This document shows positions 27,582 through 36,441 of a stretch of 64,000 nucleotides of DNA, one piece after another. The DNA is taken from assembly GCA_041946735.1 (NCBI GenBank), contig JBHGAY010000001.1:1-64000 (forward strand), in the 5' to 3' direction. This DNA comes from Candidatus Eiseniibacteriota bacterium. GTDB taxonomy: Bacteria; Eisenbacteria; RBG-16-71-46; CAIMUX01; VGJL01. The notes under the pieces were generated by a model. That model worked only from the letters and a program-made list of their open reading frames with translations, was not told the DNA's origin and made no database searches. Within the stretch, counting starts at the first letter, position 1. Each line of letters opens with the position of its first letter. The translations under genes and the position numbers were made by a program.

Positions 27582-28364
27582 CTAGAACTGCAGCGACACT
27601 CCCAGGTATGCGGTGAGGAGATCGGTGCGCGACTCGAGCAGATCGAAACGGACACGGCCGCCTTCGCGGCGGATCGATCCCTTCTTCAGGTACTCCGCTT
27701 CCGATCCATAGAGATAGCGGACGCGCGCATCGAGGAAGACGCCTTCGATACCGGGACCGGAGGGAGAATTCCGGCCCGGCCCTTGGTAGAGGCGGACGAG
27801 CAACCCGGCTCCCCCTCCCGCGCTGAACGCAGCGTCGTCCTGGTTCGTGCTGCTCGCGACCTCTTCCCCGCCGTCCTGGTCGTGGATCGAGGTGCTCGTG
27901 GAGAGGTAACCGAGGCCGATCAGCCCCTCCGCGTACGGGCGGAGGACACCGCTGCGCGGCTGAACCCTCAGGAAGAGATGCCCGAGGAAGATCGAGTTGT
28001 CGGTCGTGACGTCGACGGTGACGTCGGGGATGGAGCTGCTGAACGGCTCCTCGCGCTTCTCGTGGCCGTAGATCAGGAAGCCGAGATCCGCTCCGAGCAT
28101 CAGGGGCGCCTGCCCGGGCATCCAGCCGAAGTGACCGGCGAGGCCGTAGCCGTTGTCGTCCACGTTGTCGTCGAACTCCCCCTGGGGGAAGCCGGCGAGG
28201 AACCCGAGCCCCGCGTCGAAGCGAGCCTGCGCGGCAGCGGGGGCGGGCGACGCGAACCCCGCGAGAAGAGCCGCGAGGAGCGGGGCGAGCAGCGGTGCGA
28301 GCAGCGGGGAGCGAACCTCGACGAATGTTCGCGAGCGCGAGTCCCGCGGGGAATTCCTGAACAT
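27582..28364 (-). CDS. Outer-membrane beta-barrel protein
   Basis: Signal peptide; amphipathic strands (RPYAEGLIG, FLDARVRY); terminal YLGVSLQF beta-signal. Confidence 0.8.
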   Translation of the reverse strand: MFRNSPRDSRSRTFVEVRSPLLAPLLAPLLAALLAGFASPAPAAAQARFDAGLGFLAGFPQGEFDDNVDDNGYGLAGHFGWMPGQAPLMLGADLGFLIYGHEKREEPFSSSIPDVTVDVTTDNSIFLGHLFLRVQPRSGVLRPYAEGLIGLGYLSTSTSIHDQDGGEEVASSTNQDDAAFSAGGGAGLLVRLYQGPGRNSPSGPGIEGVFLDARVRYLYGSEAEYLKKGSIRREGGRVRFDLLESRTDLLTAYLGVSLQF

Positions 28365-28450
28365 CGTGTAACCTCCTGAACGCTCGAGTCGCCCATGTGG
28401 GCCGGCGCTGCCGCGCCCGGGTGTCCTACATCAGACTGCGATTTCCATCA

Positions 28451-28484
28451 GGCTGCGATTGGGGCTGCGATCGGGCTGCGATCG
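28451..28484. repeat. Three GGCTGCGAT(T/C)G direct repeats in a divergent promoter region
   Basis: Copies at 28451, 28463 and 28474. Confidence 0.65.
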
Positions 28485-28669
28485 AAACGCCCGGCCGAGC
28501 CTAGCACGCGACGGCGAGGGCGCGCGTGACATTTCCCGTTCCCCATCGCGCGCGGGAATCGGTATCGTTGCCGGTTCTCTTGATCCGTGCCGGCCAGGAT
28601 ACGTCCACGAGACCCTTCGGCCGCACTTCCCACTGCAGATCCATCTCGGAAGCAAGGAGGATCCTCTAG

Positions 28670-30127
28670 ATGAGACGTCTCCGCCTGGCGGGGCATGCCC
28701 TGCTCCCGTCGCTCGTCCTCGGACTCGTCCTCGGACTCGCGCTGTTCGCCGGTTGCTCCAGCGACGACGGCGGCGGCACGACGAGTCCGCCGCCGGATCG
28801 CCCCAGCATCACCTCGATCTCGCCCGACACGGTCGTGGCGGGCACCACCGCGCGCCTTCGCGGCGAGCGCTTCGGCTCCACCCGCGGCTCGAGCGAGATC
28901 TGGTTCGGAGGAAAGAGCGCTCAGTCGCTTTCGTGGAGCGAGAAGAAGATTCTCGCCGTCGTTCCCGACGACGTCGCCTCCGGCAACCTGACCGTGAAGG
29001 TCGACGGCCAGGAGAGCGATGCGTTCGCGTACAAAGCGGGCAATCGCCCCGCGGTGATCGCGCAGATCGTCCCCTCGAGCGGTCCGGTCGGCGGCACGAT
29101 CGCCATCGAGGGACGGCTCTTCGGCGTCTCGAAGAAGGACAGCAAGGTCTTCTTCGGGACGGTGGAGGCGCAGACGCTCGCCTGGGGCGACTCGATCGTG
29201 CAGGCGACCATCCCTCCGGGAGCGCAGACCGGAACGGTCCATCTCGTCGCGCGGACGCTCTCGAGCAACGAGGTGCCGTTCACGCTCGTGCAGGAGATCG
29301 ACCCCCTCATCACGTCGGTCGAGCCCGACAGCGGCCTTCCGGGCGCCGGATTCCGGATCGTGGGTCAGGACTTCACCGAGGCGGGGACCGGCGGCCAGGT
29401 GAAGGTGGGCGGCCTGATCGCTCCCATCTCGAGTTGGAGCGACACCGAGATCGAGGCTTCCGTTCCGGCGAGCCACGCCGGCGGAGCGGCGACGGTGCAG
29501 GTGACGATCGCGGGTCAGTCGAGCAACAGCGTCCCCTTCAAGGTGCTCCAGCCGTCCGTGCCGGTCGTCATCACGAAGCTCGAACCGAGCCGCACGACGG
29601 TGAGCGACATCATCACGATCTATGGAACCGGCTTCCGCACCGCCACGATCGATCCCGAGGTGACCTTCCAGGGGCCGGACGATACGAGGATTCCGACCAC
29701 GATCACCGTCTGGGACGAGCAGAGCATGCGCGTCTGGGTCCCGCAGGGAGCGGTCGACGGACCGGTGATCGTCAAGTTCGACGACCAGGTCAGCGAGGGA
29801 GCGTTCTTCTCGGTCGCTCCGCGCCGCATCCGGTTCACGACCGACATCCATCCGCTCTTCGAGGACAAGGGATGCCTCGGTTGCCACTCGGGCTCCTCGC
29901 CGGAGGCGAACCTGAACCTCTCGACGAAGTTCGACGCGAACCACGGCACCAGCGACCACGGGCCGGTCATCATCTCGCGCAACGGCCCGGGCAGCATCAT
30001 CGTGCAGAAGGTCGGGCCGAACCCTCCGTTCGGCGCGCGCATGCCGTTCGGCTGCACGACCACCTGCCTGTCGGAGGACGAGATTCTCCTCATGTCCGAC
30101 TGGATCGATCAGGGATTGGACAACTAG
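28670..30127 (+). CDS. Lipoprotein with four IPT/TIG domains and a C-terminal c-type heme domain
   Basis: Lipobox LFAGC; four ITS.SP..G..FG..W repeats; GCLGCH, RMPFG, WIDQG. Confidence 0.87.
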   Translation: MRRLRLAGHALLPSLVLGLVLGLALFAGCSSDDGGGTTSPPPDRPSITSISPDTVVAGTTARLRGERFGSTRGSSEIWFGGKSAQSLSWSEKKILAVVPDDVASGNLTVKVDGQESDAFAYKAGNRPAVIAQIVPSSGPVGGTIAIEGRLFGVSKKDSKVFFGTVEAQTLAWGDSIVQATIPPGAQTGTVHLVARTLSSNEVPFTLVQEIDPLITSVEPDSGLPGAGFRIVGQDFTEAGTGGQVKVGGLIAPISSWSDTEIEASVPASHAGGAATVQVTIAGQSSNSVPFKVLQPSVPVVITKLEPSRTTVSDIITIYGTGFRTATIDPEVTFQGPDDTRIPTTITVWDEQSMRVWVPQGAVDGPVIVKFDDQVSEGAFFSVAPRRIRFTTDIHPLFEDKGCLGCHSGSSPEANLNLSTKFDANHGTSDHGPVIISRNGPGSIIVQKVGPNPPFGARMPFGCTTTCLSEDEILLMSDWIDQGLDN

Positions 30128-30148
30128 AACAAGGGTCTAGCAGCCGCG

Positions 30149-30216
30149 GGCTAACGGCGGCGGCCGGCTAACGGCGGCGGCCGGCTAACGGCGGCGGCGG
30201 GCTAGCGGCGGCCGCC
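30149..30216. repeat. 17-bp tandem repeat GGCTAACGGCGGCGGCC (3 copies plus 1 degenerate)
   Basis: 30149-30165, 30166-30182, 30183-30199, 30200-30216; duplicates the 3' end and stop of the minus-strand gene. Confidence 0.85.
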
Positions 30217-30564
30217 GCCGGAGGACGCCTCGCTTTCCGCGACGCGGTCGGGATCGACGCCCGCGTCCCGGTATTCGCGACAGAGATCCGCGGCGAGCCG
30301 CAAATGTCCGCGCGCGACCAGCAGGTCGAGCGCCCTCGTCAGGCTCTCGCGCGCCTGCTCTCGCGACCCGGCTCGCAGCCGTAGGCGGGCGAGCGCATGT
30401 CGGACGAGCGGGTGCGGAGCGTACTCGCGATCGAGGGACTCGAGGTTGGCGATGGCGGCGGGCAGCTCTCCGGACGCCGCTCGATCGATCAGCCGCGTCA
30501 CTCGCTCTCGCGCATCGTAGAGACAGGGCACGTTCTCGTTCGGAATCGAAGCGGAGTTCCACAT
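30202..30564 (-). CDS. Small TPR-like helical protein
   Basis: GGAGG SD; ALARLRLRAG..QARESLTRAL TPR-like pattern. Confidence 0.6.
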   Translation of the reverse strand: MWNSASIPNENVPCLYDARERVTRLIDRAASGELPAAIANLESLDREYAPHPLVRHALARLRLRAGSREQARESLTRALDLLVARGHLRLAADLCREYRDAGVDPDRVAESEASSGGGRR

Positions 30565-30686
30565 CGGTCTTCCCCTCCCCGGGAACGCGCCGGTTCGCTC
30601 GCGGGGGCGCCGGCGCCCTCCGGGATATGCATCGGCCGGCCGGGCAGGCTTCTACAGGATCCGTACAGTCGACTGCCGCGCCCGCA

Positions 30687-30758
30687 GTTCGCACGGTTCG
30701 CACGGTTCGCACGGTCCGCACGGTTCGCCCGGTCCGCCCGGTTCGCGCGTTTCGCGCG
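30687..30758. repeat. Eight-unit 9-bp tandem repeat (GTTCGCACG-like)
   Basis: Intergenic; ends just upstream of the msrB -35 hexamer. Confidence 0.9.
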
Positions 30759-30763
30759 TTCCC

Positions 30764-30793
30764 TTGTCGGGACCTGCGGGGCCACCGTAGAAT
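30764..30793 (+). promoter_or_regulatory. Putative sigma70 promoter TTGTCG-N18-TAGAAT for msrB
   Basis: Consensus-like hexamers 45 nt upstream of the ATG. Confidence 0.55.
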
Positions 30794-30837
30794 GCCCGGT
30801 TCGTTTCCCGCGTCCGCCGCTTCGGATAGGAGGAGCC

Positions 30838-31284
30838 ATGGCGCGTTCACGGTCCGGGTATGACATCACGCCGCTGCCGCCCGAGAGGATCGAGGAGCTT
30901 GCGCGTGAGCTCACCGCCGAGGAGCGGACCGTCCTGCTCGGAAAGGGGACGGAGAGGGCGTTTTGCGGCCTGCTCCTCGACGTGAAGGAGGCCGGGACGT
31001 ATCACTGCCGCCTCTGCGACCTGCCCCTCTTCTCGTCGGGATCGAAGTTCCACTCGGGAACGGGATGGCCGAGCTTCTTCGCGCCGATCGATCCCGAGCA
31101 CGTTCGCGAGGCGCGCGACACGAGCCACGGGATGATTCGCACGGAAACCCTCTGCGCCCGCTGCGGAGCGCACCTCGGGCACGTCTTCGACGACGGTCCG
31201 CCCCCGACGGGGCTTCGATATTGCATGAACTCCTGCGCGCTTCGCTTCGTCCCTGCGGGCGCGGAACAGGCATCGACGTCCTAG
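30838..31284 (+). CDS. msrB: Peptide methionine-(R)-sulfoxide reductase
   Basis: GTERAF, CRLC, KFHSGTGWPSF, CARC.AHLGHVF.DGP.PTGLRYCMNS; AGGAG SD. Confidence 0.97.
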   Translation: MARSRSGYDITPLPPERIEELARELTAEERTVLLGKGTERAFCGLLLDVKEAGTYHCRLCDLPLFSSGSKFHSGTGWPSFFAPIDPEHVREARDTSHGMIRTETLCARCGAHLGHVFDDGPPPTGLRYCMNSCALRFVPAGAEQASTS

Positions 31285-31315
31285 CAATCGATCGCAACCG
31301 ACAGGAGGATCGTCC

Positions 31316-31792
31316 ATGCCCGAGATCACGATGCAGACCGCCATCCAACAGATCTTCGCGCTGCTCTCGGAGTGCTTCGAGGGCCCCCAGGGGCAGGGCA
31401 GCTGGTTTCTGGACAACGACCCGAAGGCAGGCTGGTTCGGCACGCTCGAGAACGTGAGCGCCGAGCAGGCGTCCCGCGTGATCGGCGGGAGCACGATCGC
31501 CGCTCACGCCCACCACATGCTCTTCTCGCTCGAGGCCTCGGCGGCCTGGATTCGACAGGAGCGGACCCCGCGGAAGTGGTCGGAGAGCTGGAAGACGCAG
31601 ACCGTCGACGAAGCGGCGTGGTCCGCCCTGCGCGAGCAGATGCAGCGGCGGTATCGCGAGCTGCGCGAAGCGATCGCGGGGCACGCGGCCGGCGAAGAGG
31701 AATCGATGGGAGGCGCAATCGGGGCTCTCGCCCATGCTGCCTACCACCTCGGAGCGATTCGCCAGAAGCTCGTCTGCATGCGTGACCTCTAG
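31316..31792 (+). CDS. DinB/YfiT-like four-helix protein
   Basis: STIAAHAHH, AHAAYHLGAIRQ; AGGAGG SD. Confidence 0.85.
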   Translation: MPEITMQTAIQQIFALLSECFEGPQGQGSWFLDNDPKAGWFGTLENVSAEQASRVIGGSTIAAHAHHMLFSLEASAAWIRQERTPRKWSESWKTQTVDEAAWSALREQMQRRYRELREAIAGHAAGEEESMGGAIGALAHAAYHLGAIRQKLVCMRDL

Positions 31793-31808
31793 GGACTCCG
31801 GGGGCCGC

Positions 31809-33872
31809 ATGCGCGAGGGCGATGCGGGCGCTACGGGCCATGCGGGCCACGCGGGCCATGCGAGCCATGCTGGCCATGCGGGCCATGCGGGGCCCGGCGC
31901 CGCAGCAGCGCACTCGCACGAGGCGATGCTCGCCGACTTCCGCCGGCGTTTCTGGCTTTCGGTGATTCTCACCGTCCCGGTGCTCGCCCTCGATCCGATG
32001 ATCCTCGGCGCCGTGGGCCTCGGCGGCCGGATCCACTTCCCCGGTCAGATGCAGGCGCAGCTCGCCCTCTCGTCCATCGTCTATTTCTATGGCGGCTGGC
32101 CGTTCCTGCGCGGCATCGCGGGCGAGCTGCGGCGCGTCCGCCCCGGGATGATGACCCTGATCGCCGTCGCGATCAGCAGCGCCTACCTCTACAGCGCGGC
32201 GGTCGCGCTCGGGCTGCCCGGCAAGGACTTCTTCTGGGAGCTGGTGACGCTGATCGACGTCATGCTCCTCGGCCACTGGATCGAGATGCGCTCGGTCCTC
32301 GGCGCATCCGCGGCGCTGCAGAGCCTCGCCGCTCTCCTTCCCGCCGAGGCGCACCGGATCGGGCCCGGCGGCGTCGACGACGTCCCGCTCGCCGAGATCC
32401 ACCCGGGCGACCGGCTCCTCGTCAAGCCGGGCGAGAAGATTCCCGTGGACGGAGCCGTCGTCGAGGGATCGAGCTGGATGAACGAGGCGATGCTGACGGG
32501 CGAGAGCCGCCCGGTGGAGAAGTCCGCGGGCAGTCCCGTCATGGGAGGATCGATCAACGGCGACGGGTCGGTCACGATCGAGGTGTCGCGCACCGGGGAG
32601 CAGACCTATCTCGCGCAGGTGATGGAGCTGGTGCGGCGCGCGCAGGAGAGCCGCTCGCGCACGCAGGATCTCGCGAATCGCGCGGCGATGTGGCTCACGA
32701 TCGTCGCGCTATCGGCCGGCGCGATCACCCTCGCCGCATGGCTTGCGGCGGGCCGGCCGTTCGTCTTCTCGCTCGAGCGGATGGTGACCGTCATCGTGAT
32801 CGCGTGCCCCCACGCCCTCGGGCTCGCCGTGCCGCTCGTCGTCGCGGTGTCGACAGCGATCTCCGCCCGCAACGGCCTCTTGATCCGCGATCGCTCCGCG
32901 TTCGAGCGGGCGCGCGAGGTCGGCGCGGTCCTCTTCGACAAGACCGGCACGCTCACCGAGGGACGCTTCGGCGTCACGGACATCGTCGGCTTCGACCACC
33001 GGTCCGATCCGGACCTTCTCCGTCTCGCGGCGTCGATCGAGAGCCGGTCCGAGCATCCGATCGCGGCCGGCATCGTCGAGGAGGCGCGGCGGCGCGGTCT
33101 CTCGATCCCGGAGCCGGCGGAGTTCCGCGCGCTCCCGGGGCGCGGCGCCGAGGGAGTCGTGGAGGGGACGGCGACGGCGGTCGTCGGCCCCGGCTGGCTT
33201 CGCGAGCGCGCGAAGGACCGCGAGCTGGAGCGGGCGGCGCCGCTCGCCGCCGCGAGCAAGACGCTCGCTTTCGTCGTCGTCGCAGAGCAGCCGGTCGGGG
33301 TGCTCGCGCTCGCCGATCGGGTGCGCGAGGAGTCGCGGGAGGCGATCGCGCAGCTGAAGGCGATGGGGGTGCGCGTGATGATGTTGACGGGCGACTCCGC
33401 GGCGGTCGCGCGCTCGGTCGCCGCGGAGCTGGGCGTCGACGAGGTCTTCGCCGAGGTGTTGCCGGCCGAGAAGGCTTCGAAGGTGCGCGAGGTGCAGCAG
33501 CGCGGACTGGTCGTCGCGATGACCGGCGACGGGGTCAACGACGCGCCGGCACTCACGCAAGCCGACGTCGGGATCGCGATCGGCGCCGGCACGGACGTCG
33601 CGATCGAGTCGGCCGACGTCGTGCTCGTCCGCTCCGATCCGCGCGACGTTCCGGCGATCCTCCAGCTCGCCCGCGCGACGCACCGCAAGATGGCGCAGAA
33701 CCTTCTCTGGGCGACCGGCTACAACGTCGTCGCCCTTCCTCTGGCCGCCGGAGTCCTGTACGGCGAAGGGATCGTGCTCTCGCCCGCGATCGGGGCGGCG
33801 CTGATGGCGCTGTCGACCGTCATCGTCGCCGTGAACGCCCGTCTCCTGCGCTTCCGGCGATCCGCCGCCTGA
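31809..33872 (+). CDS. copB: Copper-translocating P1B-3 type ATPase
   Basis: His-rich N-terminus, TGES, IACPHALG, DKTGTLT, SEHPIA, GDGVNDAPAL, YN, MALST. Confidence 0.93.
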   Translation: MREGDAGATGHAGHAGHASHAGHAGHAGPGAAAAHSHEAMLADFRRRFWLSVILTVPVLALDPMILGAVGLGGRIHFPGQMQAQLALSSIVYFYGGWPFLRGIAGELRRVRPGMMTLIAVAISSAYLYSAAVALGLPGKDFFWELVTLIDVMLLGHWIEMRSVLGASAALQSLAALLPAEAHRIGPGGVDDVPLAEIHPGDRLLVKPGEKIPVDGAVVEGSSWMNEAMLTGESRPVEKSAGSPVMGGSINGDGSVTIEVSRTGEQTYLAQVMELVRRAQESRSRTQDLANRAAMWLTIVALSAGAITLAAWLAAGRPFVFSLERMVTVIVIACPHALGLAVPLVVAVSTAISARNGLLIRDRSAFERAREVGAVLFDKTGTLTEGRFGVTDIVGFDHRSDPDLLRLAASIESRSEHPIAAGIVEEARRRGLSIPEPAEFRALPGRGAEGVVEGTATAVVGPGWLRERAKDRELERAAPLAAASKTLAFVVVAEQPVGVLALADRVREESREAIAQLKAMGVRVMMLTGDSAAVARSVAAELGVDEVFAEVLPAEKASKVREVQQRGLVVAMTGDGVNDAPALTQADVGIAIGAGTDVAIESADVVLVRSDPRDVPAILQLARATHRKMAQNLLWATGYNVVALPLAAGVLYGEGIVLSPAIGAALMALSTVIVAVNARLLRFRRSAA
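31836..31889 (+). repeat. Six 9-bp units encoding the (G/S)HA His-rich metal-binding tail
   Basis: GGCCATGCG-type tandem units, in frame. Confidence 0.9.
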
Positions 33873-34069
33873 CTGCGCGCTTGCGGACCTGCCCGCCCGA
33901 GCGGGCTCGATCCCCGGTCGAGCCGGACGATCCCCGGTTGCCGGTATCACCGGCCGCGCCGGACGCGACCGTCCTTTGGCCGCCAGCGTCCCAGCGACAG
34001 AAGCGGGTTCCGCGCCCCCCTTCCGGCGCCATCGGTGTCCATGACTCTCGAGCTTGTGGAGGAACTCCC

Positions 34070-35503
34070 GTGAGAAGCGTTGCGCGCCTCGTCCTCGCTC
34101 CTGGCCTCGCTCCCGCCCTTGCTCCTGTCCTCGCTCCCGTCCTTGCTCTCGCTCTCTGCTCGATCCTCGCCGCCCCCTGCCTCTCGCAGCCTGCCTTTAC
34201 GCCGCTCGGATTTCTCGATGGCGACTTCGGTCCTTCGATCGCGTTCGGCGTCTCGCCCGACGGCTCGACCGTCGTCGGAGAGTCGAACTCCAGCCAGGGG
34301 ATCCAGGCGTTCCGCTGGCGCCGCGCGGAAGGGATGATCGGCTTGGGCGACATCCCAGGCGGACCGTTCGCGAGTTTCGCCTACGCGTGCTCGGCCGACG
34401 GCTCCATCGTCGTCGGGGCAAGCGACGACGCGACGTCGGGTGAAGAGGGCACCCCGTTCCGCTGGACCGAGGAGACGGGAATGGTCCCGCTCGGCACCCT
34501 CGGCGGCCCGACGTCCTACGGGCAGGCCGACGCGATCACACCCGACGGCTCCGTGATCGTCGGCGCGAGCCAGGCTCCCGACGGCATCTTCGCGTTCCGC
34601 TGGACGGAGCAGACGGGGATGGCAAGCCTCGGCGACTTCGCGGGCGGACCAGCGCTGAGCCGCGCCGCCGGGGTCGACGCGGCCGGCCAGTTGGTCGTCG
34701 GCACAGGCTCGAAGATCTCCGGCTACGACCAGGCATTCCGCTGGACGTCCGGCGGAGGCATGGTGGCGCTCGGCTCGAACAACTTCGCCACCGCTGTGAC
34801 TCCCGACGGGACGGTGATCGTCGGCTCGGACTTCCAGGGCGTCTATCGCTGGACGCAGCAGACCGGATTCGTGCATCTCGGCAGGCTCTACGGCAACCTC
34901 GGCATCGATCGTGCGGGGGCGGTCAGCGCGGACGGATCGGTGATCGTCGGGCTCGCGAACTACGACGCGACGCTCGGAACCGGCGCCGCCTTCGTCTGGG
35001 ACTCGGGCCACGGCATGCGCGATCTCAACCTGGTGCTGGCGAACGACTACGGTCTCGACCTGCAGGGGCTCTACCTGCTCTGGGCGCTCGGAATCTCTGC
35101 GGACGGGAAGGTGATCTCCGGCTATGGCTTCAACCCCGGCGGCGAGCAGGAGGCGTGGGTGGCCGACCTGCGCGAGTCGACCGGCGTCGCGAACGGCGGC
35201 CCGTTCGGAGTGGACGCCGCCGCTAGGCCGCACCTGACGTGGAGCCGGCCGAACCCGTTCACCTCCTCGACGACGATCGCGTTCCGGCTGCCGCGCGAGA
35301 CGCCGGTGTCCCTCCGCATCTTCGACAGCGCCGGGCGCCTCGTGAGGACGCTGCTCGACGGGGAGTCGCTCCAGCCGGGCGTGCACGCAAGCACGTGGGA
35401 CGGAAGCGGCACGGATGGGCGGACCGTGCCGGCCGGCACCTACTTCTACCGGCTGGAAGCGGACGGCCGGATCGAGACGGGCAAAACGATCGCCGTGCGC
35501 TGA
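34070..35503 (+). CDS. Secreted HAF-repeat-like protein with C-terminal FlgD-Ig-like domain
   Basis: GGAGG SD before GTG 34070; repeated A..VS.DGS.IVG..AFRWT..GM..LG; PNPF..IFDSAGRLV..WDG..GTYFYRL. Confidence 0.88.
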   Translation: MRSVARLVLAPGLAPALAPVLAPVLALALCSILAAPCLSQPAFTPLGFLDGDFGPSIAFGVSPDGSTVVGESNSSQGIQAFRWRRAEGMIGLGDIPGGPFASFAYACSADGSIVVGASDDATSGEEGTPFRWTEETGMVPLGTLGGPTSYGQADAITPDGSVIVGASQAPDGIFAFRWTEQTGMASLGDFAGGPALSRAAGVDAAGQLVVGTGSKISGYDQAFRWTSGGGMVALGSNNFATAVTPDGTVIVGSDFQGVYRWTQQTGFVHLGRLYGNLGIDRAGAVSADGSVIVGLANYDATLGTGAAFVWDSGHGMRDLNLVLANDYGLDLQGLYLLWALGISADGKVISGYGFNPGGEQEAWVADLRESTGVANGGPFGVDAAARPHLTWSRPNPFTSSTTIAFRLPRETPVSLRIFDSAGRLVRTLLDGESLQPGVHASTWDGSGTDGRTVPAGTYFYRLEADGRIETGKTIAVR

Positions 35504-35514
35504 GGACCGGGCAT

Positions 35515-36273
35515 CTAGGAACGGATGCGGGAAGAGCCGCGAAGTTCAGGCGCGGCGGAGCCGCGCCAACTCTCCAGCAGCCGGGCGGCGAGAGCCGGGC
35601 CGGCCCCCGCTTCCTCGTGCTTGAAGAAGACGAAGGCCTGGTTCCATGCCTGCGTCGCGATCCGTTCGCACCACGCCTCGAGGTCCCGCTCGTCGTAGTC
35701 GGGACGGCGCAGCCGCAGGTACCCCCAGGTGGAGGTCGCGGTGAAGGGGATCTCCAGCCCCTCCTCGCCGCCGTCGACGAAGCAGAGCGAAACTCCGTGG
35801 GACGATAGCAGGTCGAGGACGTCCGGCTCGAACCAGCTCGCGTGGCGGAACTCGAACGCCACCGGAGGAGCGGGGGTCGCGCGGGTGGCGAGGTGGTCGA
35901 GGAACGACTCGAGCCGTTCGCGATCCTTCGGAAGGTTTGGCGGCAGCTGGAACAGGATGGCTCCAAGCTTTTCGCCGAGGCAGGCCGCGGTCGCGAGGAG
36001 GTAATCCGTCTCGTCCTGCGCGCCCTTCAGGCGCTTGAAGTGCGTGATGCGCCGCGACGCCTTCAGGGTGAAGCGGAAGCGGTCGGGAACCTCCTGCGCC
36101 CATGCCTCCAGCACGCTGCGGCGCGGCAGGCGGTAGAAGGTGTTGTCGATCTCGACGGCCGGGAGCCTCTCGCCGAAGTAGCGGAGCATCTTCGCCGCGG
36201 GGAGGTCGCCCGGATAGAAGCTCCCCTTCCATTCCTTGTAGCCGTAGCCGCTCGTGCCGACCCAGAGGTCCAT
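35515..36273 (-). CDS. DUF72 (YecE-like) family protein
   Basis: WVGTSGYGYKEWKGSFYP, VEIDNTFY, FTLKASRRITH, LFQLPP, FEFRH, YLRLR, FFKHE. Confidence 0.93.
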   Translation of the reverse strand: MDLWVGTSGYGYKEWKGSFYPGDLPAAKMLRYFGERLPAVEIDNTFYRLPRRSVLEAWAQEVPDRFRFTLKASRRITHFKRLKGAQDETDYLLATAACLGEKLGAILFQLPPNLPKDRERLESFLDHLATRATPAPPVAFEFRHASWFEPDVLDLLSSHGVSLCFVDGGEEGLEIPFTATSTWGYLRLRRPDYDERDLEAWCERIATQAWNQAFVFFKHEEAGAGPALAARLLESWRGSAAPELRGSSRIRS

Positions 36274-36441
36274 CGTCGTCCTCGAGGTCTCGCCCGTCTC
36301 CCGGGGCGGACCGATGCATGTCGGTGGACGATCGGCGGCCGCGAGGAGACCCATGAGGCTAGCGGGTCCCCCTCGCCTTCCTCCACCTCGAACGGGTAGC
36401 ATGGTCCGTCCGCCGGGACCGGGGCCCCGGGGCGGAGGAGC

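Noticed and set aside
30149..30216. Possible CRISPR array
   Set aside because: Units are contiguous with no spacers, only 17 bp long, and no cas genes are present.
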